From Octopus vulgaris (taxonomy: Eukaryota), in NCBI GenBank assembly GCA_951406725.2, contig OX597820.1, positions 77,376,001-77,440,000 on the forward strand: a stretch of 64,000 nt of DNA, read 5' to 3'. The notes below the pieces were generated by a model. It was not told where the DNA came from, searched no databases, and saw only the letters and a program-made list of their open reading frames with translations. This document shows, piece after piece, positions 11,741 to 25,220 of this stretch. The translations under genes were made by a program, and so were the position numbers. Each line of letters begins with the position of its first letter. Position 1 is the stretch's first letter.

Positions 11741-13396
11741 GCAACGATTCACTTGAAGGTAGAAAATGATGATTTACATCACTTGAACCTCCTGTTGATG
11801 TTTTATAGTAATCTTCAGTAGTTCGATTAGCTAGATTAGTATTCAACACATGTCACTGCGTCAGATGCTTCAGAAGTTTGCAGATTCATTGGTTAATTGA
11901 TATTTTAATGAATTGTATCGTCAGAACAAATATTTCAGATTGTCCTACTTTCCATGATTGGTGATGGCCAATATTTGTTTGTTATTAATTTTCTCATCTA
12001 TAGCGAGGCCTATGTTTTGTAATAAAATTATTATTATACGTCTCTCCAGCATTGAATTTCGATTTATTTTCTTTTGTTTATTTAGGGAGATATCGGAATC
12101 AAACTAAATATTCGCCATGTTCTTGTGGTTTTCAAAGTGTATTAACATTTGAATTGTTTCTTATTTATGAATATATCATTTATTGCGCATATATGTGAGT
12201 CAGTATGAGAATGCATGTATATGCATGACTGTCCGTGTATAAAAGATAATAGCTTACTTAGAATAATTTGTGAAACTGTTTCACTTTTTTCTCTTATTTC
12301 AGGTTTTTTTCTCCCCTGAGAAAAGTTGTCTTTATTATGCGGGAACTACTGGAACTGACATATAACAACGATTGAGTTAGGAAGTTTATTTGGAATGAAG
12401 TCTCTTTTCGTAGTCATATTCAAATAAAGAATACAATATATCTGTATTAAATACCTTTGTTATTTCAATTTCTGTATTAATACCTAATGCCATTTCAATT
12501 TGAAAATACAATGTTTATCTCTGTTTTCTACTATCACCCTTTTATGTATTCTCAACAGCATGCAACATAAGAATCATCGCTCGTGTTTCTACGGTCTAAT
12601 ACTATAATATGGCTACAATCTTCCTGTCATTGCGCACTGACACGATACACAACAGTATTATTTCGCTTTACTTATGCCAACCTCTCAGGTTTATCGTGAC
12701 AAAATTTTCTTTTTATTTGCAGTGATAGATGTGTTTTATTGTGTGGTCATTTGACTTTGATAATTCAAGAGGCGATTTCCAGTGAAATTATTCAACTGTA
12801 AGGCATAGCATGCACACATTCTGCATTGGTGTTTGTATTGGAAATGCAAAGAGCATAATACCAATAATTCAATGCGTAAACACTGCATAATAGTTACTGC
12901 ATTCGCTCTTTGGGTATTATCACTGTACCCATGATAATCATAAGTGTTAGCTATAAACACTTCCTATCCTATCGTTTATTTCTCATTATTCTCATATAAC
13001 GCTATAAGGTTCTAAACATATGAGTCATCGCTATGCATTTCGCTCTTTCTTTCATCAGCGCTTTTCCTTTTATCTATATTTTATTGTTGTCTTTACTCCA
13101 GGGTTGTCCCACTTCCTAACAATGATAGATTATAAATGCTCATTCACGTAATAGTGTCAATAAAATATCACTAAATGTAGCTGGTAATAGTTTTTCGTTG
13201 GTTAGATCTACAACGTTCAGCAAAAACAACTTATCGTCATAGGCAGAATCATTACATAAAATTAGATGTGAAATGGAGAAATTGGATTATGAGAACAAGT
13301 TGGAATACCTGATTATCTTTCATAAAATCATCCACGCAGACACACATACAAGCATAACCTAACGTAAGATCGGACGCGCACAGACCCTTGCAGACA

Positions 13397-13441
<45 letters not shown>

Positions 13442-13501
13442 GTGTGTGTGTGTGGAAAAAGTCAAAATAGAAAATGCTAAAATAAATTTATAAAAACATT
13501 T

Positions 13502-13537
13502 CAGTACCGGTTTCAGTCATTTAGACTTTTTCAACTG
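13502..13537 (-). ncRNA. Minimal type I hammerhead ribozyme with U3-A8 core variant
   Basis: Minus strand: CAG-TTGAAAA-AGTC-TAAAT-GACT-GAA-ACCGGT-A-CTG. Helix I CAG/CTG, helix II AGTC/GACT, palindromic helix III ACCGGT, GUA triplet. Confidence 0.7.
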
Positions 13538-14904
13538 TAAGTATGGAAAACAATTACATTTTGGAAAAAATTAAAAGAAGAGTTTTTTTTAAGAATATTT
13601 GCATAGTGTTCAAATACAAGTGGCATTTTCCTTGTTTCTGCCTGTCTCTGCCTCTCTTATTCACTCTTGTCATACACATTTATAAACGTATACATAGTAT
13701 GTATATGTAGTACCTGTTGTAAAACGCTTGCTCTTTCTTAGAAGTCAGTGAATGTCTCATTCAATTGCTACCCGGTGTTTTATGGTTACAGAGGATTATT
13801 TATGTAAAATGATTCCGATGATTATAGATGGAAAAAACCTGTAAATGTACGTTACGCGACATTGCTATGTTCATTAGAATGTGAATACTTTCCTTTAAGT
13901 ATGGCTACTATTTTTGGGCTTCATTGACGTGCGAAATAGCTTCTTTCAGTATATGGTCAAATTGTCATTAGAATTGTATGTATTAAAGACATAGAAATAC
14001 TCATAGATGCTTATATAAGTAAAGGTGTGCTTGCGAACCACTGATATATGGAGCTGAATGAGACTTAACAATAAACATAGTTTTACTCTCAAGAGAAAAT
14101 CACCCAGACAATATATGATCTCATACTATTATCAAATTTGTTTTTAAAATAATAAATTTGTTTTATTACATTGAAAACTACTTTGTTTTTTTTAAATGTC
14201 CGCTTTCTTGTTCTACGTTTTCGACATAAGTGCACATATTTTTTCTACGGTTAACTAACAGCTTTATCGTTGCATAGCGGTGATGCTTTATGTCGATTTC
14301 TATCCGCATTAATATACCTGATAAATAAATAGTTTGTTGATAACTTGTTAAAATGTAAAGATAAACAAATTAAAATAATAAATATTGTTTTTCCATGAGG
14401 TATAAAAATATCTCATAAATGAAAAGAAATTGAAATTCAGTGACCTGTACAACGGCATTAGTCATACCGATACGCTGAAAATATCGATATACCGTAACAC
14501 TCAAAAGTATAGAAAAACGCTTTCAATTTCTCGTAGCAATAAAGATGAAATACATCAATGCATTACGAAGGGATATGAAGGCTGGTGTGGGTATGAGGTA
14601 TCTTGATTTACTTCATAAACACGTACAAAATTTGAATTTCATATCACTAGATTATCTAGACGAAATAAAAGTAATATAACTACATAAAACATACGTATGT
14701 TGTGATGCCATGCATATACTGTGATGCATCACGTTATGTAGCCATTGATGTGATTGAAGTTAATAGACAAAAATGAAGGGTCGTGCGAAATTTTTTTTCA
14801 AGATCTAAATGAAAAAAGGACATTCATGCATATGCATAAAGGCATATAATCACCTGCATATACATACACATACACATGAAACGCAGCTATAGGCAATCAA
14901 GTCA

Positions 14905-14992
<88 letters not shown>

Positions 14993-15142
14993 GCCTATCT
15001 ATCAAGCTAGCTCGCTAGCTAACTATTTGTGTGTCTATCGATTTGTCTTTTTCTCTATGCATTCATACATGCATTCAAACAGACACACAAACCCCCCACG
15101 TGGTTAGTAAGCAAGCTATTTACTACACAGACACTACTGCGC

Positions 15143-15144
<2 letters not shown>

Positions 15145-15211
<67 letters not shown>

Positions 15212-16570
15212 TAGATATAGATATATATATATATATGTATACACATACATACGCACATGCATGCCTGCATGCACACGCACACACCTACACGCATGTACGC
15301 ATACAAGCATACACACACACACACGCACGTACACATACATACATACACACACATACATACATACACACACACACTTCCACACATACACACATACACACAC
15401 ACATACATACATACACCCATACACATACACACATACACATACCCATACTTACATACACTCATACGGACACATATACACACAGACATACACACATACACAC
15501 TCACACATACATACACACACACACACTTACTCACACACTCGCATGCACGCGCACACACATGCACATACACACACTTCCACACATACACACATACATACAT
15601 ACACACTCACATACATACACACACACATACATACAGACATACACCTATACACACACACATATACACACACACATACTTACATACATTCAATCGGATACAC
15701 AGACACAGACATACACACATACACACTCACACATCCACACACACACACATACCTACACACACACTCACATGCGCGCGCACATACATGCATGTGCGCGCTC
15801 GCGCACGCATACATACATGCATGCACCACGCCCGTGGGTTCTGACTAGATCTCGGGTTCGTATCTGGGGACAGCGTGTTCTTGGGTTTCTCTTACGCCTG
15901 TCACCGCGGGAGCATTTTTCCATCTTTCCGTCAGTTGCAGTTTGTTTCCTTGCATGCATATATATACACACACATATAATACCCCTACTTCTTGTACACA
16001 CACGCACACACATACATACACTCACTCCCACACACACATTTGCATATATATATACAATACACTTACACACACTTACACACGTACAAACACACACAAATTC
16101 ACATGCACACCGGCACATACACACACCCAACATATACCTCCACGCGCACGCACACATACACATACGTACACACATATAAACACAGACACACACATACATA
16201 CGCACACCTAAACACGCGCACACACACATACATACATGCACACAAGTATACATACACGCACATATAAGCACACACACACACCTACATATACCCTCTGTTA
16301 AGCAAATTTACTCGCCATACATACAACAAACGCACACGGACACACACATACTACAACAAAACACACACACGGGACGTACACACGCACGCACACATTCCCT
16401 TTCTTCCTCCTTTTACTACTGACCTGTGACTGCTACGTCCACTAGGTTTCGCCCTACGTACACACACTTACACAGAGACGCACGCACTAATAAACACACA
16501 TTTTTTATCTCGCACACCGTTACGACTGCTGCTCGCCACTTACACACACACACACGTACATACTCACATA
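15145..16570. repeat. Long CA-rich low-complexity tract
   Basis: Source of the spurious 382-aa His/Thr ORF. Contains a unique GC-richer island at ~15830-15950. Confidence 0.9.
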
Positions 16571-16629
16571 CACACCCTCTTCTTCAAACTCATTGTGTTT
16601 TTACCTACCTTCTTTTTCCGCTCTCCTGT

Positions 16630-16848
16630 CTTTGAAAACCTGTCCCCTCTCGTCTACGACATCCTGCCTTTCAGTATGTTTACCTCGTGAAGACCAGTCG
16701 CGTTTTTTTTCCCTCTGTCCTCCCACCTCGGGATCTTTCTTTCTCTTATGTTTCCGACGAAGAGCTCCGCTTTTTTTCTGAGCGCCTAATAATAATACTT
16801 TAATTGTTCCACCTCTTTGTGTTGCTGTCTTTTCTTGTTTGGATTAAC

Positions 16849-16853
<5 letters not shown>
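16630..16853 (+). mobile_element. PLE-type terminal repeat fragment with half hammerhead core
   Basis: TTT-CCGACGA-A-GAGC-TCC-GC at ~16751-16770, with the GAAA half deleted. The 3' end is shared with ~18760-18823. Confidence 0.45.
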
Positions 16854-16887
<34 letters not shown>

Positions 16888-16894
16888 GTATATG

Positions 16895-16967
<73 letters not shown>

Positions 16968-17010
16968 ATGTATATATATATAAATGTATATATATATATA
17001 TATGTATATA

Positions 17011-17067
<57 letters not shown>

Positions 17068-17118
17068 GTATATATATGTATATATATATGTGTGTGTGTG
17101 TGTGTGTGCGTGTGTGTA

Positions 17119-17366
17119 TTGGGTTGGTACACAATTGTTGCGGCTTTTTTTCTCAACATCTTATTCGATAAAAACAATAACATGTCACAAAAACAACTTT
17201 AAATGATTATTCCGTAGCATATTCACCATCTACTTCAATTATTCCTTCCCATTTGCTTCGCAGACGGTGAAACCGTCTTCTAAAGATGTTTTTGATAAAT
17301 ATTGTTATTGTTTTTGTTGAATAATATTTGTTGAAAACAAGCCGCAATAATTATGTACCAACCCAC
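17119..17366. mobile_element. Mariner-derived MITE
   Basis: TIRs TTGGGTTGGTACACAATTGTTGCGGCTT / AAGCCGCAATAATTATGTACCAACCCAC with inverted similarity extending ~80 bp. TA flanks on both sides. Resembles mariner-type TIRs. Confidence 0.8.
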
Positions 17367-17604
17367 TATATATAAACATATATAGGTTATACATATACAT
17401 ATGCATATACCTATGTATGTGTAAATATACATATTTATGTGTGTGTATATGTGTATGTGTGTGTGGTGCATGTGCGTGTGTGTATGCGTGACGGGAAATA
17501 GAAATGCTTGTATATGCATATATATGTACATAAACACACACACACACACACACCCACACACACTCACACACATGCACACACACACACATACATATATATA
17601 TATG

Positions 17605-17875
17605 CTATCTTGGTAATGTGGAAAGCAAATGATGCGTCGTTGCACGTAATGATCCCCAAGTCTTCGACTGTCAGTCACTCTGGGATTGTTGTACCTACGG
17701 GTCCTGTATAAGCAGGCTGTAGGGCATTCGTTAGTTGATAGTGCAGCACTTGACATTTTCCCGCATTAAACTGCATGTTTTTAATTTCGCCCCACTTCTA
17801 TATCGAATACAGCTTCCTCAGTAAACTTGCGACATCATCATCATTCTTTATTGCCTATGATAAATTTGTCCATAT
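17605..17875 (-). pseudogene. CR1-group LINE RT C-terminal fragment
   Basis: Minus translation MQFNAGKCQVLHY...TIPE*LTVEDLGIITCNDASFAFHITK. Confidence 0.75.
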
Positions 17876-17893
17876 ACAGATATACATACATAC

Positions 17894-17954
<61 letters not shown>

Positions 17955-18818
17955 CGCGGACAGATATATAGAGTTCACCCTCATATGTGTATGTCTGTCT
18001 GCATGTGTGCCTGTGTATGCGCCGATACATAAATAGACTTGGTTTGTGTAAGCGTGATAAATAATGCCATGGCTGGCGTTTTGCCGTGAAAGAATGTAAT
18101 AATCACATAAGAAAGAATTGAATAGAGTTGAATAAAGATGTCTGGTTCAGGAATTTAGTTTGAAATATAGAAATTATTTCAATGCACATTCTAAGAATGA
18201 ATATACCTAAATGACACTCTCGCAAAATATATTCAAATAAATGATAGCTTTCTTATCCAAAGTTTTATCTGGTGTCTCGCTTCATTTCTCTCTTATTCTA
18301 ATTCTACACCTTTGTCTCCATCTACTCACTCTTTTCTCTAGACTTTTTCATTATTACCCATTCGGTTTGCCTCTTTTCTATGCTTAATATACAGTTTTAA
18401 CAGTTTTCCTTGCATTCGTCTACCTTGGAATGTTTTCCTCTTCGTAATTGTTTCTTTGTATTCAGATCTTTCCATGAAATTACCATCATATGTGGTCCGG
18501 TGATTTACGTTGAAATGAAATGTGCGTACGTATCACTTAGAGATGCGAAATATACAGTATGTGCTTGTTTTAGAGGCGTTAAATGTTGCATACGAATGGA
18601 TATGAATATTTACTGTATAGTATTCATTCATTCAAAATAATGTATGTACATATACATAGATACATACATACATACATACATACATACATACATAGACACA
18701 CGCACGCACACACACACGCACACATACAAACACATACACACACACACACATATATATTCTTTCCTAATACTGTAATTGTTCCACGTGTTGTTGTTTTTTC
18801 TGTTTTCCCGTTTGGATT

Positions 18819-18869
<51 letters not shown>

Positions 18870-18872
<3 letters not shown>

Positions 18873-19975
18873 CTAAACAAAATTGGAACAGTAATGTAAA
18901 AGGCGACAAAACATCTGGACAGTTAGACGATATAAAAAAAGGACAGGAAAAAACAAGGATCGTCTTTCCAGTTTCGGCCACGTATACTCGTGACTGCACT
19001 AATCTGGCCGGCCCCATGAAAATCGAAGCTAAGAGCACTAGATACTTTGGAAGTAAGCAAACGAATGTATAACAAGAACAAAATATAAAACGGAGAAATA
19101 GTACACAATTACAAATACGAACAACAGGATATTAACAACAGGTGTCTTTCGACTAAGGACGAATCAAATTAAGCTGGCGTGAGTGGAAGTGAAGCGTTAC
19201 GGCAGGAACATACATACATACACACCTCGACTACTCTGTCTCTTTTTCCCCCTCTCCTACTTTTCTCTGCCTTCACCCTTTTCACTCCCCTTGTTCTGTC
19301 TCTTTCCCTCTTTTTTCTTCTCCTCCCTTGTTCCCCTTCTTTCTTTCTCTCTTCCTCCGTCCATCCTCTCCCACATTTCTCTGCCTCTCAGACCTTATAC
19401 CCCACTTGACCTGTCCCTTTCCCTCTCCTGCTTCTCTCTTCATCTGTCCCTTCCTCCTTTTTGTGCTCACGTGACCAGCTAGCTACTACTGCCTTTCGCA
19501 TCAAGTAATTGGCTTGACCACACGTATGTGTTTGTACTCCGTTTGCCTTCAGGCATTTTTACCACAGCCAGCCCTATACTCAACTCGTCCTGTCGAAAGA
19601 CGCTTGTCCTGACGTCCTGGTTTTGTTATGATTGTTTTTACGTTATTTTGTATTTTTATCCGTGCTTTCTTTATTGTTTTTACGTATTTTTGAATTTTTT
19701 TTTTTTTTCGAGTAACATCGTCCGTTTTTCCGTCACCGTGTTGTATACTTTCGAGGTTTTCTTCCAAGGAATCTAATGCGATTGGCTTAGATTTCCCTTG
19801 GTTGGCTGCCCAGATTGGAGCAATCTCAAGATTAATCAGCCGAAATTGCGAAGATGATCTGGTTCTTGACTGATGACTGAGAGCTTCGAAAGTCCCGTCT
19901 GTGTGTTTTTTTTGCCGTCTTCAAAATGTTTCACGTTCTTGTCCCAGTTTGTGTTTTTTTAACGTTTACCTATAT
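18870..19975. mobile_element. Inverted pair of TA-flanked family E repeats around a pyrimidine-rich spacer
   Basis: 18870-19180 (-) and 19500-19975 (+) share the GTCGAAAGAC motif and the CCAAG...CTAATGC...GCTTAG...TTGG hairpin. Homologous to 26660-27000 and 38480-38800. Confidence 0.6.
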
Positions 19976-19978
19976 AAA

Positions 19979-20034
<56 letters not shown>

Positions 20035-21270
20035 CAGGATGCGATGGGTACATTATCGCCATTCCTTCTTTTCATTTTGCGCATGCAAATGTTTGTTTTT
20101 AATTTTGTCGGCTAAACAGTATAGTAGGGTCAGCTGGGCACCGTCTTCGCGAAAAACAGCACTATAACGTAAATCCCTCAGCCAGAAAATTGTAAACTAC
20201 ATGCTGTACATCTTGGCATTTCAGAGTGTTTGGATGTCAAACTGAGCACAGTGCAGAGGATTCGGAAAGAGTTGGATGGGTCTAATGGTGATTACGAAGG
20301 TTAGGCAGCGCGAAAAAGTTAGTCTGATCGTTCTGATAAGAGAAGAACTCTTGAAATTGTTGGTGAGATCCAGACCATAATTGACAACAATTCCTCCAAG
20401 TCAATCAGGTCCATCGCGAGGAACAAGAATGTGTCTGAGTTTATTGTTAGGCAGGAAGTGCATGAAGACATTCGGTAATCTTCATTGAAGATGAGAAAGG
20501 GCCAACTCTTATCGCAAGCCATCAAGCTTCTGAACAAATTCAAGCATCTCCTTCAACCGAACATGCTTTGGCTTTTCTCTGACGAGAAAAATTTCTACCG
20601 GGATCTGATGGTGAACACACCGAACAACCGTTGGCTTGCCGTGTCCCCGAAACATGAGGGTAATGAAAGTCAAACGTCCAGTCAACATCGTGGTGTTCTA
20701 AGTGATCACTAATGATGGGGACGTTATGACTCCATTCATCTTCCCGCACGGCCTCATACTCAACACACAGTCCCACATCAAGTGCCTGGAGTGTGTAGCG
20801 CTGCTCTAGCACAAGAGGGTGGCTGCTGGAAGACTGGCAACAGTACTCTGCATCATGACACACAAGCAGGAAAATCCAGTCATGGCTGTCAGACAATTTC
20901 TGTGACCACGTCACCCCTGACGTCTGGTCACCTAACTCCTCACACTGCAAGCGCCTTGTTATTACGTGTGGCGCCCAGTTGATTGTGAGACCAACAAAAC
21001 TCCTTGTAACACCGAAGATGAATTGAAGGCAAGGTTTATGCTAGTATTCACCGACTTAAACAAGGAGACCGTCCAGAAGTGTTGCAGTAGATTCCGAAGT
21101 CGTCTGGAGGCCGCGGTCGAATCGAATGGCAGATTTTATTGAATAAATTTACTCTTTAGTATTTCAAGACATTTTTACGTGACTTTGGTAAAATATATCT
21201 GCTAAAATAAGATGCCAGTGTTAGTTTCATTTTTGCATGATTTAGAAGACAATTTATTCATCGTACCCTC
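20035..21270 (+). mobile_element. Tc1/mariner-superfamily transposon relic (maT/DD37D-like)
   Basis: TA flanks. Imperfect TIRs CAGGATGCGATGGGTACATTATC / GACAATTTATTCATCGTACCCTC. Disrupted transposase with WLFSDEKNF, NNRW, QQ(D)SA.H and WSPNS...YYVW remnants. Confidence 0.88.
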
Positions 21271-21346
21271 TATGTGTGCGTGCGCGCGTGTTTGTGTGTG
21301 CGCGCGCGTGTGTGTATGTGCGCGCGTGTGTGTGTATGCGAATATA

Positions 21347-21670
21347 GGCTTAGAAGTGGGTGTGTGGTAAAAACCTCACTTCCCAACCACAGCCTTGTAA
21401 GTGGATTTGATAGACAGAAACTGAAAGAAACGCGTCGTATGTGTGTGTGCGCGCGTGTGTATGTGTGTGTATCTGTCTGTCTGTGTCTGTGTCTTTGTTT
21501 CTGTGTTTGCCTCCCGCCTATTACCGCTTGACAACTGGTGTTGGTGTGTTTACGTTCCAGTAACTTTGCGGCTCGGCATAGACACTGGGATTGATTCGTT
21601 TTACTATAAATTGAAGGTGGTGTCCCAGCATGGCTGCAGTCTAATGACTGAAACAAGTAAAAGATAAAAG
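21347..21670 (+). mobile_element. SINE family B, internally deleted
   Basis: Head, (TG)n centre and CAGCATGGCTGCAGTCTAATGACTGAAACAAG tail. Confidence 0.8.
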
Positions 21671-22811
21671 ATATATATATATATATATATGTACATACGT
21701 CTGCGTGTATATGTGTATGTGTGTGTAAAATAACACGTTGAGATACCCGAATGTCAAGTTATATGAGTGTGATCTGAAATATCTTTCGATTACAGCACAT
21801 TTCACACGAAAACCTATTCTAGGAAATACTTAAAAATATTCCATCAAGAAATATAAGGAATTTTCCAGGACTCTTCTTTCTCAAATGTATAACCTTCGTA
21901 GATTTGAGTACTATTCTTGTACATTTGAAATAGTAATAGAACATAAAGGTAAACTTCTAAAATAGTTTAGTTATTTCTGCATACTTCCTCCTATTAAATT
22001 TATGTAAACTATCTGATATTTCCTCTTTGTATATGAATGTTTACCTTTAATATTTACGTGTTAGTAACCTGTAATAGAATACAACATTTATGTAATTATA
22101 TTGTTATACCTGTATTGGTATAATTATGCTGTTATATTGTTATAATTATCCAACAAACAAAATTTACAAAATATAAAGCTATCTACATAGATATTTAGAC
22201 GAATAATAAAATTCAAATGATGTGAATACGTTCAGTAGGATGAAAACATACGAAAGAAGCAATATGAAGTTTATATTTTCAAATGTTTTCTTGTTTTTCG
22301 TTTTTCATAAAGTTTTCAGTTTCATATTCTAGCATGAGATATTTACGTTCCCCTTATAAAACACATATTGGTTTCATGATACATCTCAGATATCTCTGGC
22401 AATCAGAGCAATTTGCACACACAGTCTGGTTGATTAACATACTTTAATTTCAAGTTTACTAATTGTTTCGAAGCTCTTTGAAAATCCTTACGTTCACAAG
22501 AAGTAAATGCTGCTGAGCCCAGATCTCGTATGGTACTATGGATAGATCCTAATATGTTCGATAGGTATGTGACTTTCAATACATATGTTAATATATATCT
22601 GCTTCCTCCATTATTCCACTTAGACCAGGCGATATTTTGTGAGCAGTTACTAACCCAAATGGATGATAACATGAAAGTATGTTGAAGGTGCATGACTTGC
22701 AGATTTATATTTTGAACAAACCAATTTTACGTTCATTTCATGAGCAATATAAAACATCTCAGGCACTCCAGTAATTAAATAGTTCGTAGAGTCACCTAAC
22801 TCTATCAATAA

Positions 22812-23080
22812 TTTAGCGGTATTTCGTCTGTCTTTATGTTTTGAGTTCAAATTCCACCGAGATCGACTTTGCCTTTCATCCTTTCGGGGTCGATGAATTA
22901 AATACCAGTTGCGTAATGGGTTCGATCTAATAGACTGGACCCCTACCCCCAAATTTCGGGTTTTGTGCTTGGTGTAGAAAACAATATAGATTTATGCATG
23001 AAGGCAGCGAGCTTGCAGAACTTTTAGTACGGTGGTTAAAATGCTTACCAGTATTTCGTCCGATTTTAATTTCTGAGTTC
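22812..23080 (+). mobile_element. SINE family C fragments
   Basis: GAGTTCAAATTCCACCGAGATCGACTTTGCCTTTCATCC core and a second head at ~23000. Confidence 0.75.
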
Positions 23081-23656
23081 GGTGTGATCTTTTTCTCATT
23101 TTTCCTGCAGATGTGTTTTCTTTAGTTGAATGTATTAGTTGCTGAGTGAAATTTGATGGGTTTTTTTAAATTTTTATTTGACAAAAGTTATTCTACATAA
23201 AAACATAGAAGTATACATCTTCATGTTGGTTTCATTGAATAAGCATAACCGTTATTTCATCTGACCAAAACAATTGAAGTCAGTTCATTACAGTATTTGA
23301 CATTTCTCTAACGTTACATAGAATGTGTCTTTGATCTGAAGTTACAGTGTGTTTAAATCATCATAATGCATGAACACACTCTTCTCAAATACAACAGCCA
23401 CAGTTAGATTCTTTGTAAACCCCGGGACACGCCCTCACTTGCCCATCGCATACAATCTGTGTACGTTGTATAAGAACATCGTCTGATTCACCTTCACTAT
23501 CAGCTGAAACATAATGGTTTGCGCGATCACTCTTCTTGCCACTATCAACTCCATTCTGCGTCGACATCAAAAAGGCAATTTTTCAGATGTTAGTTTTTCA
23601 GTCTTTTATTAGACATGCTTTCCATAAATCACGGCAGATATTTCCTTAAAAATAAT

Positions 23657-24292
23657 ACTCTTTTACTATCTTTTACGCTTTTACTTGTTTTAGTCATTTG
23701 ACTGCGGCCATGCCGGAGCACCGCATTCAGTTGAGCAAATCGACCCCAGGACTTATTTTTTGGAAGCCTATTACTTATTCTATCGGTCTCTTTTGCCGAA
23801 CCGCTAAGTTACGGGGACGTAAACACACCACCATCTGTTGTCAAGCGATGTTGGGTGGGACAAACACAGACACACAGACATATACACACATACATACATC
23901 GCTCTCCTGTGTGACCCTTCTGTCCGACAGTCACCATGATAGACCGGTAGCCACTACACAGATTTTTTTCTCTCCTTGTTTCTTTCTGTGTTCCTTTTTT
24001 GTGGAAGAGCGTAGGCTCGAAACGTAAAAGACTTTTTCAATTCCTGAGCGTTATACTAATACACTTGTCTTCGTCTTTTGTTTTTTTTCGTGAATTCTCC
24101 CTATATATATATATATATATACATATATATGACAGGCTTCTTTCAGTTTCCGTCTACTAAATCCACTCACAAGTCTTTTATCTGCCCGAGACTATAGTAG
24201 AAGACACTTGCTCAAGGTGTTACACAGTGGGAATGAACCCAGAACCATGTGGTTGGTAAGCAAGCTTCTTACCACACAGCCACTCCTGCGCG
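23657..24292 (-). mobile_element. SINE family B carrying a nested HHR-bearing unit
   Basis: SINE tail at 23657-23899 and head at 24130-24292, separated by a foreign insert in the internal microsatellite. Confidence 0.85.
23900..24102 (+). mobile_element. Solo PLE terminal-repeat unit (family H) with hammerhead-like motif
   Basis: TTGTGGA-A-GAGC-GTAG-GCTC-GAAAC-GTA-AAAG at ~23995-24030. Homologous to the 3' end of the PLE at 37085-37297. Confidence 0.75.
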
Positions 24293-25220
24293 TATACATC
24301 TACGCGTGAACAGTAATACAGAACATTCCTTAACTGATACAGAGATCGCTCAAAGAAGCAGTAATAAATGGAAATAAGAGGTAAAATGGAATACCGGTCA
24401 GTTAGAAAGTTGACGAACAATTTCGGCATTGCAGTTGTTGGCTTGACGGTTATAAAGAGTTAATTCTTTCAATTAGTTGCATAAATTGTTTAACGACAGC
24501 TTTTGTCAGGAGTGACATTTTTCTCATTTTTCTCATTTTTTTTCCACAGATGTATTTTGGTTAATAGTATATATCATAGTCACTTGCCGCAGGCGACACA
24601 AGTTAACTACTACTGAAATGGTTTCTTTTACTTATTTTTTTGATTAAGTATCAAATATTGTAAGATATCTTAAGTATTTACTCTAGAAAACCCAATATAC
24701 ACTTGCAATTTCTGAAGATTTTTCTAATATCACAGAAAATTGTAAAGAATTATTCGTATAGGAATCAGTTCTGTTTATTATATATACAAATGTTAGGATG
24801 CCACATGTCGTGCTTAAGTGCAGAAATAAATCTTTATTGCTGACGAAAACAGAGATTTGTAGCCGATTGTGTTTATTAAGACAGGTTGATTTCTCATCTA
24901 AGCACATTCATTCATTTCAGATTCTTATAACTGATGTTTTCTATAACCTAACTACAGGAAGATATTTTCAACTTCATGTAACATAAACATAATGGAATAT
25001 TTTGAAAAAATAAAAAACTATGAAAAACTTCTGCTTCAAACAATTACTGATGCAAATTAGACTAACAAGTTTATAACTGAAGATATTCAAATTTCATAAT
25101 AAATTCAGGATAAAAGCTGTTTAGATTTTTTTTCTGTTATATAGTTTTGTATTCCATTAGTCTTACGTCGATATGAAAATGGAAGAATTTATATCACTAC
25201 TTATTTAACTTGCGAGTAAA

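Larger units (their letters stand above)
22330..24500 (-). pseudogene. Possible P-element/THAP9-like transposase relic interrupted by SINEs
   Basis: Colinear minus-strand fragments ISIYYCFFERSLYQLRNVL, CLFD, GVDSG...ANH, DQRHILCNVR and RYILT...GSI...DFQRASKQL resemble P-family motifs (DPPHLLKNVRN; YLLT..SQD.LE..FG.IR). Heavily decayed; aligned by eye only. Confidence 0.45.

Noticed and set aside
11047-11756. 229-, 189- and 151-aa Ile/Tyr ORFs, and the many similar YIYI/CVCV ORFs in the track
   Set aside because: Microsatellite artefacts.
15031-16179. 382-aa His/Thr-rich ORF and overlapping ORFs
   Set aside because: Translation of CA-rich low-complexity DNA, which lacks stop codons in several frames on both strands.
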